Position numbers and translations under genes: made by a program. 39,675 bases of DNA from a virus (Duplodnaviria; Caudoviricetes), in IMG/VR virus record IMGVR_UViG_3300009678_000097, positions 1-39,675 of that record; one strand, 5' to 3'. The notes below the pieces were generated by a model. It saw only the letters and a program-made list of their open reading frames with translations. It was not told the origin of the DNA and made no database searches. Each line of letters starts with the position of its first letter. Positions within the stretch are counted from its first letter, which is position 1. Below are positions 8,949 through 17,784 of the stretch, piece after piece.

Positions 8949-9611
8949 ATGAGATGGATACCTGTTACTGAAAGATTGCCGGAAGAAGCAAACGTATTAG
9001 TTGCCTACAAATTTGGAGTTGGGGAGTGTAAATATTACATTAATCAGTTTTGGATGAACCATGCTGAAGTTCCCGAAGTCACCCATTGGATGCCGCTACC
9101 GCCAAAGCCTGACGAATCCACTCCTGCCTACCAAGAAGGGGAGTTGGTGGATATTCCAAAGCCAGTTGGAGATTTTATCATTAGTCAGGAAGATATTACT
9201 CCCGTAATAACTGAAAACGGGTATTATTACCACTTTGGCAGCGTTTGTGTTTTATTAAAAAGATACGGTGCAAAATGGGCTGCATCCACCCCCGCCTACA
9301 AGGAGGTAGAGGAATTAGCGGAAAGGTTTGCTGAAATGAACTACTGTGAGGTTAAAGACAGTTATGATTACTTATATAAAGGCTTTATAGCTGGCTATGC
9401 CGCCTCTCAACCCGAAAAAAAGGAAGATAGCGCATTGAAGATATTGCTTGAAAATACCAAGTTCGCAAAAAGTATGGCACAGGGTAAAGATAAAGATTGG
9501 GTAAGATGGGAAGAAGTCATTGAACAAATGGAACTTTATTTAGTGGAAGAAAGTAGCAACCGCAAAGCTGGCTATGCCGCCGCAGCTACGCAAAAAAACA
9601 ATTTACAATAA
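8949..9611 (+). CDS. DUF551-domain mosaic protein
   Basis: WIPVTERLPE ... VTHWMPLP. Confidence 0.8.
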   Translation: MRWIPVTERLPEEANVLVAYKFGVGECKYYINQFWMNHAEVPEVTHWMPLPPKPDESTPAYQEGELVDIPKPVGDFIISQEDITPVITENGYYYHFGSVCVLLKRYGAKWAASTPAYKEVEELAERFAEMNYCEVKDSYDYLYKGFIAGYAASQPEKKEDSALKILLENTKFAKSMAQGKDKDWVRWEEVIEQMELYLVEESSNRKAGYAAAATQKNNLQ

Positions 9612-9632
9612 CCCACAATCCCCTACATTTGT

Positions 9633-9848
9633 ATGACAAACGAATTAAAGACCATGGCAAAAGCTGGAAACAAAGTGCCTTACTCAATGAGGCTAGACAA
9701 AGACCTTATAGAGGACTTAGAGAAAGAGGCAGCAGACCAGAACCGCTCTGTAGCTAACCTCATAGACACTATTTTAATGCACCACTACAAGGCGCAGCCG
9801 TGGAGCAAGACGCACAAAAAAACAGTAAGTAAACCTTTTAAAAAGTAA
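9633..9848 (+). CDS. Ribbon-helix-helix (Arc/CopG-like) DNA-binding protein
   Basis: YSMRLDKDLIEDLEKEA..NRSVANLI; TACATTTG -7 box at 9624-9631. Confidence 0.8.
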   Translation: MTNELKTMAKAGNKVPYSMRLDKDLIEDLEKEAADQNRSVANLIDTILMHHYKAQPWSKTHKKTVSKPFKK

Positions 9849-9851
9849 CAC

Positions 9852-10084
9852 TAGGTGTACACAAAAGTGCACCCCTCCACGTGGAATGAGCCACCAGAGC
9901 CACGCACAGCAATCCTGTGCGGATTAATTATGCAAACTTTATGAAACCTCTGAGCCTCAGGGGTTTCTGCTTTTAGGTACTGCCGGCCAATGCTTTACAC
10001 TCCACAAGAAACTTGTACAGCTTGCAACAAATAAACATACCTTTACACAAGTAAATACAAAAAGTGCACCCCAAAGTGCACCCC
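9852..10084. other. attP region with arm-type repeats
   Basis: AAAGTGCACCCC at 9864-9875, 10061-10072 and 10073-10084, flanking about 185 bp of non-coding DNA directly upstream of the integrase. Confidence 0.7.
9943..9974 (+). terminator. Hairpin/terminator inside attP
   Basis: GAAACCTCTGA-GCC-TCAGGGGTTTC then TGCTTTT. Confidence 0.6.
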
Positions 10085-10098
10085 ACAAACTTGCAAAC

Positions 10099-11148
10099 AT
10101 GAAAGTAACCGCTATACTAAAGAAGGGCACGGTAACTATACGCACCACCACGGGCAAGGTGAGAAAGTTTAAGGCTACCAAAATGAGAGCTACCCCACAG
10201 GAATGGGACAGTAAGGCAGGCAGGTGCAAAAGTAACCACCCTAGCTCCACACACTTTAACATAGCTATAAAAAAGCTCATAGCAGAGGCTACCCTAGCTG
10301 GCGCAGCCCCCGCTCCAGAGTTTGCAGACGGTTACCTGTTTAAGTACGCACTAGCCAGCATAGACGCATGGGAGAGGACTAAGGCCAGCACCACACTCAG
10401 GGAGTATAGAGCCTCAGTACGCAAGCTACAGGGCTACACGGCAGACCGGAAGCTATCCACGGTTAATATAGATTTCCTGCAAGGCTACCAAGACTACTGC
10501 TTTAATGAGGGGAATGCACACGGCACGGTATGGAATGCTTTTAAGTTCCTAAAGCTCATTATGAAAAAAGCCCACAAGGAGAGGTTAATACAGTACAACC
10601 CTTTCGCGCAGTTTAGTGCCGTGAAGTACAAGAACCCTGAGAGGCCATTTTTAGAGCAGGAGGACGTGGCAAGGGTAGAGGCTTACAGCACAGGAGACAG
10701 GGGCACAGAGAGCCTGAGGTTTGCAGCTAGGTGGTTTGTGATAGGATGCCACACGGGACTGAGGTACGGAGATATGAATAAATTTAACAAGCTGGAGCAC
10801 ATACGTAACGGCAGGCTTATGCTATACACAAGCAAGACAGGGGAGCTGGTAAGTATACCCTTTAAGCACAGGCTTGTGGAGTTGTTTGCAAGGGTGCAGT
10901 ATAAGCCCCTCCACCAGCTAAACGAGAACTATAACCGATATTTAAAGCAGGTGCAGCAGGCCTGTGGCATACATACCACGCTATCCAGCCACGTGGCAAG
11001 GCACACCTTTGGAGTGTACTGTGCAGACCAAGGCCTGAGTATAGAGGTTACCGCAAAGCTGCTAGGCCAAAAGGATTTAAAGGTAACAGCTATCTACTAC
11101 AAGATTTCTAACAAGAGGCTAGACAAAGAGGTAGACTTGTTGTTTTGA
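10099..11148 (+). CDS. int: Tyrosine integrase (Bacteroidota type, SAM-like core-binding domain)
   Basis: TGLRYGD, SKT, HVARHTF, LLGQ and TAIYY catalytic motifs. Confidence 0.93.
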   Translation: MKVTAILKKGTVTIRTTTGKVRKFKATKMRATPQEWDSKAGRCKSNHPSSTHFNIAIKKLIAEATLAGAAPAPEFADGYLFKYALASIDAWERTKASTTLREYRASVRKLQGYTADRKLSTVNIDFLQGYQDYCFNEGNAHGTVWNAFKFLKLIMKKAHKERLIQYNPFAQFSAVKYKNPERPFLEQEDVARVEAYSTGDRGTESLRFAARWFVIGCHTGLRYGDMNKFNKLEHIRNGRLMLYTSKTGELVSIPFKHRLVELFARVQYKPLHQLNENYNRYLKQVQQACGIHTTLSSHVARHTFGVYCADQGLSIEVTAKLLGQKDLKVTAIYYKISNKRLDKEVDLLF

Positions 11149-11243
11149 AACAAGAAAGTATTTATGTGTCAAATGACGCACTAATTTACAAAAATGTGGT
11201 GTAGGTTTGCACTCTATGCAACACCCTACAACACAACCCATAG

Positions 11244-11639
11244 TTATAATTTTTCTATCTCAGCTTTTACTTGCTGATTTACAGCAACTTCCAGCTCAGA
11301 CAGCACGGTAGCAATAGACACACCCCGCTCTTTTGCTAGTAGCTCTGCAAAGACCATTAAAAACACACGCTGTGTAGCCTGCATCTGCACTACTTTCTGT
11401 AAGATAATGCTAGTAGGACTATCTACCTGTGCTACTGTGTCTGTGCCGTACATTTCTGCAAATTTTTTATAAACCTCTGTGGGCACGTTTATTCTCCCGT
11501 TTATCACATTTGATAGGCTTGTTCTATTCCAGTCCAGTTTTTCTGCCAGCTCCTTGTAGCCCTTTAACTCCCCTTTGTCAATCAGTTTATTAACAGTCTC
11601 TATAAAGAACTTTGTAATACTACTCTGCCCGTTTGTCAT
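11244..11639 (-). CDS. XRE-family HTH repressor (CI-like)
   Basis: ELAEKLDWNRTSLSNVINGR helix-turn-helix; divergent from a Cro-like gene. Confidence 0.8.
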   Translation of the reverse strand: MTNGQSSITKFFIETVNKLIDKGELKGYKELAEKLDWNRTSLSNVINGRINVPTEVYKKFAEMYGTDTVAQVDSPTSIILQKVVQMQATQRVFLMVFAELLAKERGVSIATVLSELEVAVNQQVKAEIEKL

Positions 11640-11756
11640 GGTGGTTTGTTTGGGTTAGCTACACAATATAATACAAAAAGAATTATCTTACAAAGTTTGT
11701 ATTTTATTTGGTAGTTGTTATAAATTGTTTATCTTTGTGTGACAAAACAAAAAATA
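11640..11756. promoter_or_regulatory. Lysis/lysogeny switch region with rightward promoter and candidate operator
   Basis: TTTGG ... TATCTTTG (11730-11737); inverted repeat TACAAA-G-TTTGTA at 11689-11701. Confidence 0.7.
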
Positions 11757-12011
11757 ATGCAAACAATCACAAACACACCTCAACCCAAAGCCGCCAATTT
11801 AAGGCGCAAGTGTGGAGACCTGCTAAAAGTTGTAAAGGATAACGTGACCCCCTCTAATAAGGTGGAGGCCATGGCTACCCTGAAACTCTCCAGACCTACG
11901 CTAGATAAGTACATACATGGCAACGTAAGCAAGCTGGACACGGGCATGGCTCTGCTAGCTTTCCTACAGGCTAAGGTAGACGAATCAAATAGGAGGCTAG
12001 CGGAGATATGA
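11757..12011 (+). CDS. Cro-like HTH protein
   Basis: EAMATLKLSRPTLDKYIHG; first gene of the rightward early operon. Confidence 0.65.
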   Translation: MQTITNTPQPKAANLRRKCGDLLKVVKDNVTPSNKVEAMATLKLSRPTLDKYIHGNVSKLDTGMALLAFLQAKVDESNRRLAEI

Positions 12012-12205
12012 AGCAACAAGCCCCTCTCTGGATTGCAGAGGCAGACGCAGCAAAGTTAATGGGCTTTAAGCCTATGACTTTACGCAGGTATGCACAAGCA
12101 GGCAAGGTAGCCATAACCTACACAAGGGTAAACTCCAGAACCTTTGAATATTGCCAGCACAGTATTAATGCCCACAAGATTAAAAACTCAACTCTTACAA
12201 ATTAA
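12008..12205 (+). CDS. Excisionase-like (HTH_17/MerR-like) protein
   Basis: WI...DAAKLMGFKPMTLRRYAQAGKV. Confidence 0.65.
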   Translation: MKQQAPLWIAEADAAKLMGFKPMTLRRYAQAGKVAITYTRVNSRTFEYCQHSINAHKIKNSTLTN

Positions 12206-12206
12206 A

Positions 12207-12245
12207 TTTGGAAGTATGCTACAAAGTAGTATATTTGCAATACAA
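12207..12245 (+). promoter_or_regulatory. Host-sigma promoter
   Basis: TTTGG ... TATATTTGCAATAC (12230-12243), same core as the repeated cassette. Confidence 0.8.
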
Positions 12246-12261
12246 TTAAATACAAAATAAA

Positions 12262-12513
12262 ATGAACCAGACTAACTACAGAAAAGGCTCTTACTGCCAG
12301 TACAAAGTAACGGACTTGGAAATTATACGAGTCTCCTCTTATGGTATTGACGTATACCGCAAAGCAGATAATGATGCTACGTTTGCCTATTTCTACCATG
12401 ACGCTATGCTAGCAGGCTCAGAGATAGAGGCTACAGAGTTTGTGGAGACCTTCAATAAGCAATGGATGAAAATAGCAGGCACATTATCTAACCTTTTAAA
12501 ACTGGCAGCATGA
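12262..12513 (+). CDS. Hypothetical protein
   Basis: 83 aa ORF downstream of a promoter, ATGA-coupled to the next gene. Confidence 0.65.
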   Translation: MNQTNYRKGSYCQYKVTDLEIIRVSSYGIDVYRKADNDATFAYFYHDAMLAGSEIEATEFVETFNKQWMKIAGTLSNLLKLAA

Positions 12514-12698
12514 CCACGGAGCTGGATAATTTTGAGAGAATGCAGGCAGTAATGCAGCTAAATGAACTCTCTACAAAGGACACAGACGTTATGGAGCTAC
12601 TTGCCGAGGCAGCAAGAAAGGCAAGGCTAATAGCGGCTAAGAAACAAATACGGTACGGTGTACCATTACAGACCTTAAACCAAGCACAAACAGTATGA
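12510..12698 (+). CDS. Hypothetical protein
   Basis: 62 aa ORF, ATGA-coupled on both sides. Confidence 0.65.
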   Translation: MTTELDNFERMQAVMQLNELSTKDTDVMELLAEAARKARLIAAKKQIRYGVPLQTLNQAQTV

Positions 12699-13519
12699 GC
12701 ACAAATTTAACGGTAGCAACTACCACGGCACACGGCCTGCAGTTCACAGACGAGCAAATAAGCCTCATAAAGGCTATGGTAGCTGAGAAAGCTACAGATA
12801 ACGAACTAAAGCTATTCCTGCACCAATGCAGCAGGACAGGGCTAGACCCTATGACTAGACAAATTTACTGCATTCACCGTGGCGGCAAGATGACCATACA
12901 GACCTCTATAGACGGCTTTAGGGTGGTAGCTGAAAGGTCAGGAGCTTACGCTGGCCAAGCAGAGCCGGATTATATCTATAACGCAGACAAGGCACTAATA
13001 GGCTGCAAGGTTACTGTGTTTAAGTTCAGCCCACGGGGAGACCGTTACCCCGCAGCAGTAGGGGTGGCTTATTGGGCAGAGTATGCACAGACAAGTGGGC
13101 TGTGGTCAAAGATGCCTCACACAATGATAGCCAAGGTAGCAGAGGCCTTAGCCTTACGTAAAGCATTTCCGCAAGACCTGAGCGGCTTGTATACTACAGA
13201 CGAAATGGAGCAAGCTAACGAAGGGCAGGAGGTACGCAGCAGCTTTAAGTACTCTCTCTGGATGCAGAACGAGCTGGAGCAGCTACTTGCCACCAGCACC
13301 TACCAGAGCGGCAGTAAAGAGTTTGCTAGCATACAGAACACTATAGCTATGCACAACCTGCCTGAGGCTACCTATAACAGGGTTAAGGCTGGCCTACAGG
13401 CTAACCAGCTCTCCCCAATGGACAGGGGTAACATGTCAGCCACAGAGGTAAACAAGGCTGTACAGGCCAAGGCTCAGGCTGAGGACATAGATTTTGAAAC
13501 CATAGCTAAAACTGCCTGA
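12695..13519 (+). CDS. bet: Phage recombinase Bet (RecT/Red-beta ssDNA-annealing protein)
   Basis: ELKLFLHQC..TGLDP..RQIY, IQTSIDGFR..AER, W.KMP.TM.AKVAEALALRKAFP. Confidence 0.92.
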   Translation: MSTNLTVATTTAHGLQFTDEQISLIKAMVAEKATDNELKLFLHQCSRTGLDPMTRQIYCIHRGGKMTIQTSIDGFRVVAERSGAYAGQAEPDYIYNADKALIGCKVTVFKFSPRGDRYPAAVGVAYWAEYAQTSGLWSKMPHTMIAKVAEALALRKAFPQDLSGLYTTDEMEQANEGQEVRSSFKYSLWMQNELEQLLATSTYQSGSKEFASIQNTIAMHNLPEATYNRVKAGLQANQLSPMDRGNMSATEVNKAVQAKAQAEDIDFETIAKTA

Positions 13520-13592
13520 CTAAAGCAGTTGATGCCCTTAATAAATTCCCAATATTGGGAGCTTTCAATAACCAGAAATTAAAACAAGTACC

Positions 13593-13874
13593 ATGCAAGA
13601 CAAAAAGTTTATCGGAAAAGTAACAGCTAGGCAAACCCAATACGGGGAAATGATTTCTATATCATTTGGAGACAGAGACCGCAAAGACCTAGAGGCCACA
13701 AAGAGTGCAAGTGGCTGGAATAATTTAACCCTAAAGAAGGGCAAGGCAGGTAACTATTATTTGGAAGTGTTTGAGGGCAAAGCAGCAGGCGCACCACCAA
13801 GTGCTCCACAGGCAGCAGCTCCACAGCCAGCACCCTTACCAAGTGCTACACCAGCCGATGACCTGCCATTTTAA
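13593..13874 (+). CDS. Putative single-stranded DNA-binding protein
   Basis: Short beta-rich domain, P/A-rich linker and DDLPF C-terminus; follows bet. Confidence 0.65.
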   Translation: MQDKKFIGKVTARQTQYGEMISISFGDRDRKDLEATKSASGWNNLTLKKGKAGNYYLEVFEGKAAGAPPSAPQAAAPQPAPLPSATPADDLPF

Positions 13875-14016
13875 GACCGTACCCTTTGACCGTAGATGAA
13901 ACCTGTTATCTCATACCCCATGGCCAATAATCTAACCCCCGTGCTACCTGCTTTTCTGGATTTACCCCGTGTGGGTATGGGCTAACTATTAGCTAACCCA
14001 TTAACTCACTAACCCC

Positions 14017-14760
14017 GTGACCGATTTACAAGAGGTAGCCCCCTCTCAGGCTGGCTACATTAAACTCCACAGAGTACTACAAGATAATTTCCTATGGGAG
14101 GATGACCAAGACCCCCGCAAATTAAAGTGGTGGATTGATATACTATTCACCGTAAACTACAGCACCTCAGTAAAGACCCTAGGCGGCTTTAGGGACATTA
14201 CCTGCACCCGTGGCCAGTCCATACTCAGCCAAAAGAGTTGGGCAAAACGCTGGAAAGTAGATATATCTACTGTTCGCAGGTACTTTGCTTTACTGGAGAG
14301 GCAGGGAATGATTACACTTGAAGTGTTGCCAAATACGACACGCCTAACAGTCTGTAACTACGAGACTTACAACGATGTGCAGCACCCTAAGCAAACCGGA
14401 GACAAACCGGAGACAAACCGGAAGCAAACCGGAAGCAAAACAACTAAAGAAGGTAAAGAAGGTAAAGAAGGTAAAGAATATAATACAGGGGCAGGCAGTT
14501 TTGAGACCTTTTGGGAGACCTACGCTAAAAAGCAAGGAGACAAGCAAAGGGCTGCAAGACTGTGGAAAGCATTGCATGAAGATGACCACAAGGCTATAAT
14601 GGCCTACATAGCCCCCTACAGGCAGGATGCTAAGGAAACTAAGTACATGCTCCACCCTGACAAGTTTCTAGCTCAGGAGAGGTGGAAGGTAAGCCTTAAC
14701 CCATTATTCACTACTCCAGTAAGCACAAAGAGAAGACTGGACGATAACGAGACATTTTAA
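14017..14760 (+). CDS. Replication initiator (replisome organiser) with internal origin
   Basis: GYIKLHR..W, winged HTH, T.LTVCNYE.Y, FE.FW..Y.KK; internal DNA repeats. Confidence 0.8.
   Translation: MTDLQEVAPSQAGYIKLHRVLQDNFLWEDDQDPRKLKWWIDILFTVNYSTSVKTLGGFRDITCTRGQSILSQKSWAKRWKVDISTVRRYFALLERQGMITLEVLPNTTRLTVCNYETYNDVQHPKQTGDKPETNRKQTGSKTTKEGKEGKEGKEYNTGAGSFETFWETYAKKQGDKQRAARLWKALHEDDHKAIMAYIAPYRQDAKETKYMLHPDKFLAQERWKVSLNPLFTTPVSTKRRLDDNETF
14389..14486 (+). repeat. Origin-like repeats within the initiator gene
   Basis: Five 11-mers: four A(AG/GA)CAAACCGG and a final AAGCAAAACAA, then TAAAGAAGG x3 and TAAAGAATATAATAC. Confidence 0.85.
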
Positions 14761-14784
14761 CACTCACACTAAAACTAACTACAA

Positions 14785-16641
14785 ATGATTTGCACAGTAT
14801 ACAAAGACATTTACGACAAAGACAGCAGCCGACACATAGACATAGACGGTATGCTGGACAGGATAAAGAACGGCAAGAGCAAGGAGAAAATAGAGGCCAT
14901 ACGCTCTGCTATTGACAAGGACAAGGCAGACTTGCTAAAGAAGGGGCTACCCTGTGTGTTATTCTCTGGCAAGTTTAGCAGGAGGTTTGACGAGAACCTA
15001 CTGGAGCACTCAGGCTACATGGTACTGGACTTTGACGAGGTGTACGACATTGGCACAAAGTCAGCAGAGATACTGGACAAAATACACGACATAGTGTACG
15101 CTATGTGGCTCTCTCCACGTGGTAACGGGCTTAAAGTACTTGTAAAGATTGCAGACGGCACAAAGCACAGGGAGCACTTTGCAGCATTACTGGAGCTATT
15201 CCCTTTGCTGGATGAATACGGTAAGCCTAAGTACAAAGACGGTAACCTGAGCAGGCCACTATACGAGCTGGACAGGAGCGGGGTAAACCCTAGCAGGGTA
15301 TGCTATGAGAGCTATGACCCTAACATGTACAGGAATGCAGACGCAAAGCCCTTTACAGGCCTGAAAATAGAGGAGAAAGTGGTAGTAAAGGACACCGTAA
15401 AAGAGGATAATGAAGTGTTTAAGAGGCTTTTAAGCTGGCTCTCTAACCGGAATGACGCATTTGTAACAGGAGAGAGGAACCTATTTATCTTTAAGCTGGC
15501 CAGCTCTTGCTGTAGGTTTGGGATAGAGCTAGAAACGTCTGAGAGGCTCATTACAGCCCAATTCCCGCCCTCAAATGATTTTACAAGGTCAGAGTGCACA
15601 AACGCTATAAAGTCTGCGTATAGGGCTAATAAGGGGCAATTCGGTACATGCAGCTTTGATAAGGATTTGCTTGTAGATAAAGTGACACGCAAAGAGGTAG
15701 AGATAGATTTAACCATTTACGACACGGACGTAAAGCCTAGGGACGTAGTTTATGGGCAGGACGTAAAAGAACATGCCCTTAACATTTATGACACAGGCTA
15801 TGGCTTTGTGAGTGGCATAGGGGTGGTGGAGCTAGATAACCTGTTTAAAATGAGAAGGGGAGAGATAACCCTACTTACAGGAATAGGCAACTATGGCAAG
15901 AGTGCATTTAAAAAGTGGTATCAAGTATTCAGGGCTGTAAAGTTTGGAGAAAAGTTTGCCAGTTTCCCTCCAGAGGATTACCCTATTCAAAACTTTTACC
16001 ACGAACTGACAGAGATACTACTATGCTGTGACTGTACACCTAGCAACCCTAACAGGCCTAGCAGGGAGGCCTATGACAAAGCCTATGACTTTATAAGTGC
16101 TCATTTTTTCTACATACACCCCACAGACCTAAGCCCTACACCGGAATATATTAAGCAGCGTTTTCTAGAGCTTATCATTAAAGAGAAAGTAGACGGCTGC
16201 GACATAGACCCATTTAACCAGATGACAAATGATTACAGCAAGGCAGGTGGCAGGGATGACAAGTACCTAGAGGCTGTACTGGCAGACTTTCTGAGGTTCG
16301 CACAGCAGAATGACGTTTATTTCTGGATAGTAGCACACCCCCGTGCAATGACCAAGCAGGCAGACGGCAACTACCCCTGTCCAGACGTGTTTGACCTTGC
16401 AGGAGGTGCTATGTGGAACAACAAAATGAATAACATATTAGTCTACCACAGACCACTAAAGCAAATGCAGCCTAATGACGCTCTCTGTCATTTCCATGCT
16501 AAGAAGATTAAAGACCAAAAGGTAACAGGTTCTACTGGCATGGTAGAGATGGAATACAGCCGCAAGAAAAGAAGATTCGTATTTGACACTATAGACTATC
16601 TGGAGGCAGCAATACTGGAGGCAGGGCTGAAATTAAAATGA
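14785..16641 (+). CDS. Primase-helicase (BT4734/VirE N-terminal-like + PriCT + SF4 helicase)
   Basis: KKGLP.V.FSGKF, LDFD, SPRGNGLK, GERN..F.LA, Walker A TGIGNYGKS, IDPFN, VAHP. Confidence 0.85.
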   Translation: MICTVYKDIYDKDSSRHIDIDGMLDRIKNGKSKEKIEAIRSAIDKDKADLLKKGLPCVLFSGKFSRRFDENLLEHSGYMVLDFDEVYDIGTKSAEILDKIHDIVYAMWLSPRGNGLKVLVKIADGTKHREHFAALLELFPLLDEYGKPKYKDGNLSRPLYELDRSGVNPSRVCYESYDPNMYRNADAKPFTGLKIEEKVVVKDTVKEDNEVFKRLLSWLSNRNDAFVTGERNLFIFKLASSCCRFGIELETSERLITAQFPPSNDFTRSECTNAIKSAYRANKGQFGTCSFDKDLLVDKVTRKEVEIDLTIYDTDVKPRDVVYGQDVKEHALNIYDTGYGFVSGIGVVELDNLFKMRRGEITLLTGIGNYGKSAFKKWYQVFRAVKFGEKFASFPPEDYPIQNFYHELTEILLCCDCTPSNPNRPSREAYDKAYDFISAHFFYIHPTDLSPTPEYIKQRFLELIIKEKVDGCDIDPFNQMTNDYSKAGGRDDKYLEAVLADFLRFAQQNDVYFWIVAHPRAMTKQADGNYPCPDVFDLAGGAMWNNKMNNILVYHRPLKQMQPNDALCHFHAKKIKDQKVTGSTGMVEMEYSRKKRRFVFDTIDYLEAAILEAGLKLK

Positions 16642-16982
16642 GGCAGGACGAGAGCAGGTTACAGCAGCAATGTATAGCCCTATTTAAAATACAGTACCCC
16701 CTCTACAGGGGCAGGCTGTGGGCTATACCCAACGGAGGACACAGGCACATAGTAACAGCGCAGAGGCTAAAGAGGGAAGGGCTAACAGCAGGTGTGCCTG
16801 ACCTTATGCTATCCGTGCCTATGAAGGGGTACGGGGGCATGTTTCTGGAGCTAAAGACGAGCACGGGCACTATGAGCTTAGTACAGAAAGAGTTTTTTAA
16901 AAAGCATGAAGCAGCCTACTACTGTGTGACAGTCAGGAGTGTGGAGAACTTCATGCAAGAAGTAGCAAAGTATTTAAGATAA
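16638..16982 (+). CDS. VRR-NUC nuclease
   Basis: ES.LQ, AIPNGG.R, G..AGVPDL, LELK...G..S..Q. Confidence 0.88.
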   Translation: MRQDESRLQQQCIALFKIQYPLYRGRLWAIPNGGHRHIVTAQRLKREGLTAGVPDLMLSVPMKGYGGMFLELKTSTGTMSLVQKEFFKKHEAAYYCVTVRSVENFMQEVAKYLR

Positions 16983-16987
16983 AAAAG

Positions 16988-17024
16988 TTGGCGAGTGACA
17001 TACACTCCCCTACATTTGCAATAC
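16988..17024 (+). promoter_or_regulatory. Host-sigma promoter
   Basis: TTGG ... TACATTTGCAATAC (17011-17024). Confidence 0.7.
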
Positions 17025-17052
17025 AATTTTTAACCGTACAATTTACCAATTT

Positions 17053-17481
17053 ATGTTTGACAGCTTTTGCATACCAATGCACCACCCACTAGCGGAATTT
17101 AACCAGAACCCTACAAGACTAAAGACCATGCACTTTTCAGAGGCCTGCCTTAAAAGGTGGATACCGGAAGTTGAAAAAGTATTTGGCCTGAAACCTAAAG
17201 ACCTCACCAAGCGCAGGGCAAGCGGAAAGCCAACAAGAAAAATAGGTGAGATAAACCTATCAGAACTACGCAGAGCCATAGTGCATGTAGTGTATGAGAG
17301 TGGCTACATTGGAGTGAAAGAGTTTGGTGCTGTGCTAGGCATAGACCATAGCAGTATAACGAACCTCAGGCAGACCGGAAACGAATACGCAGAGCAGCAA
17401 GACCACACCTTTGTAAATTATTGTAGAGCTGTAAGAACCGCACCCCTTTTGGGTTTTGACGGCATACCCACAGTAGCCTAG
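17053..17481 (+). CDS. DnaA C-terminal-like HTH protein
   Basis: V..VFGL...DL..RR, R.AI.., G..LGIDHSSI. Confidence 0.7.
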   Translation: MFDSFCIPMHHPLAEFNQNPTRLKTMHFSEACLKRWIPEVEKVFGLKPKDLTKRRASGKPTRKIGEINLSELRRAIVHVVYESGYIGVKEFGAVLGIDHSSITNLRQTGNEYAEQQDHTFVNYCRAVRTAPLLGFDGIPTVA

Positions 17482-17544
17482 TATTTGTGGGTATTTGCTT
17501 GTGTTACAATAGTTGGTAGTTTCAGTAGAACTACCTACCTTTGT

Positions 17545-17784
17545 ATGGCAATGTTCAAGATAGAGGAGTTTATAAAAGACAGACTACAAATGAACTACTT
17601 TGTAAACAATCAGAGGCATGTATTTACCACACAGCAACTGAAAGCCCTACTTGAAAATTTCCTAACCGTGTACCAACGCTACCAAGATGAAACGCAACCA
17701 AGTTCTAACCGAGCTGTACAACTCAAGAGAGTTGGCAGACCTACTAACAAAGATGCAGCCCGAAAACCTAAGGGAGGACATTAA
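17545..17784 (+). CDS. Hypothetical protein
   Basis: ATG directly after a TTGG...TACCTTTG (17536-17543) promoter; 3' end overlaps the next gene. Confidence 0.5.
   Translation: MAMFKIEEFIKDRLQMNYFVNNQRHVFTTQQLKALLENFLTVYQRYQDETQPSSNRAVQLKRVGRPTNKDAARKPKGGH

Noticed and set aside
9873-9888. Full 16-bp parS site
   Set aside because: Only the CCACGTGG core is shared among copies; the flanks do not match TGTT..AACA
9885-9960. Complete tRNA gene in attP
   Set aside because: No cloverleaf or TTCGA T-loop; at most a short 3'-end-like fragment
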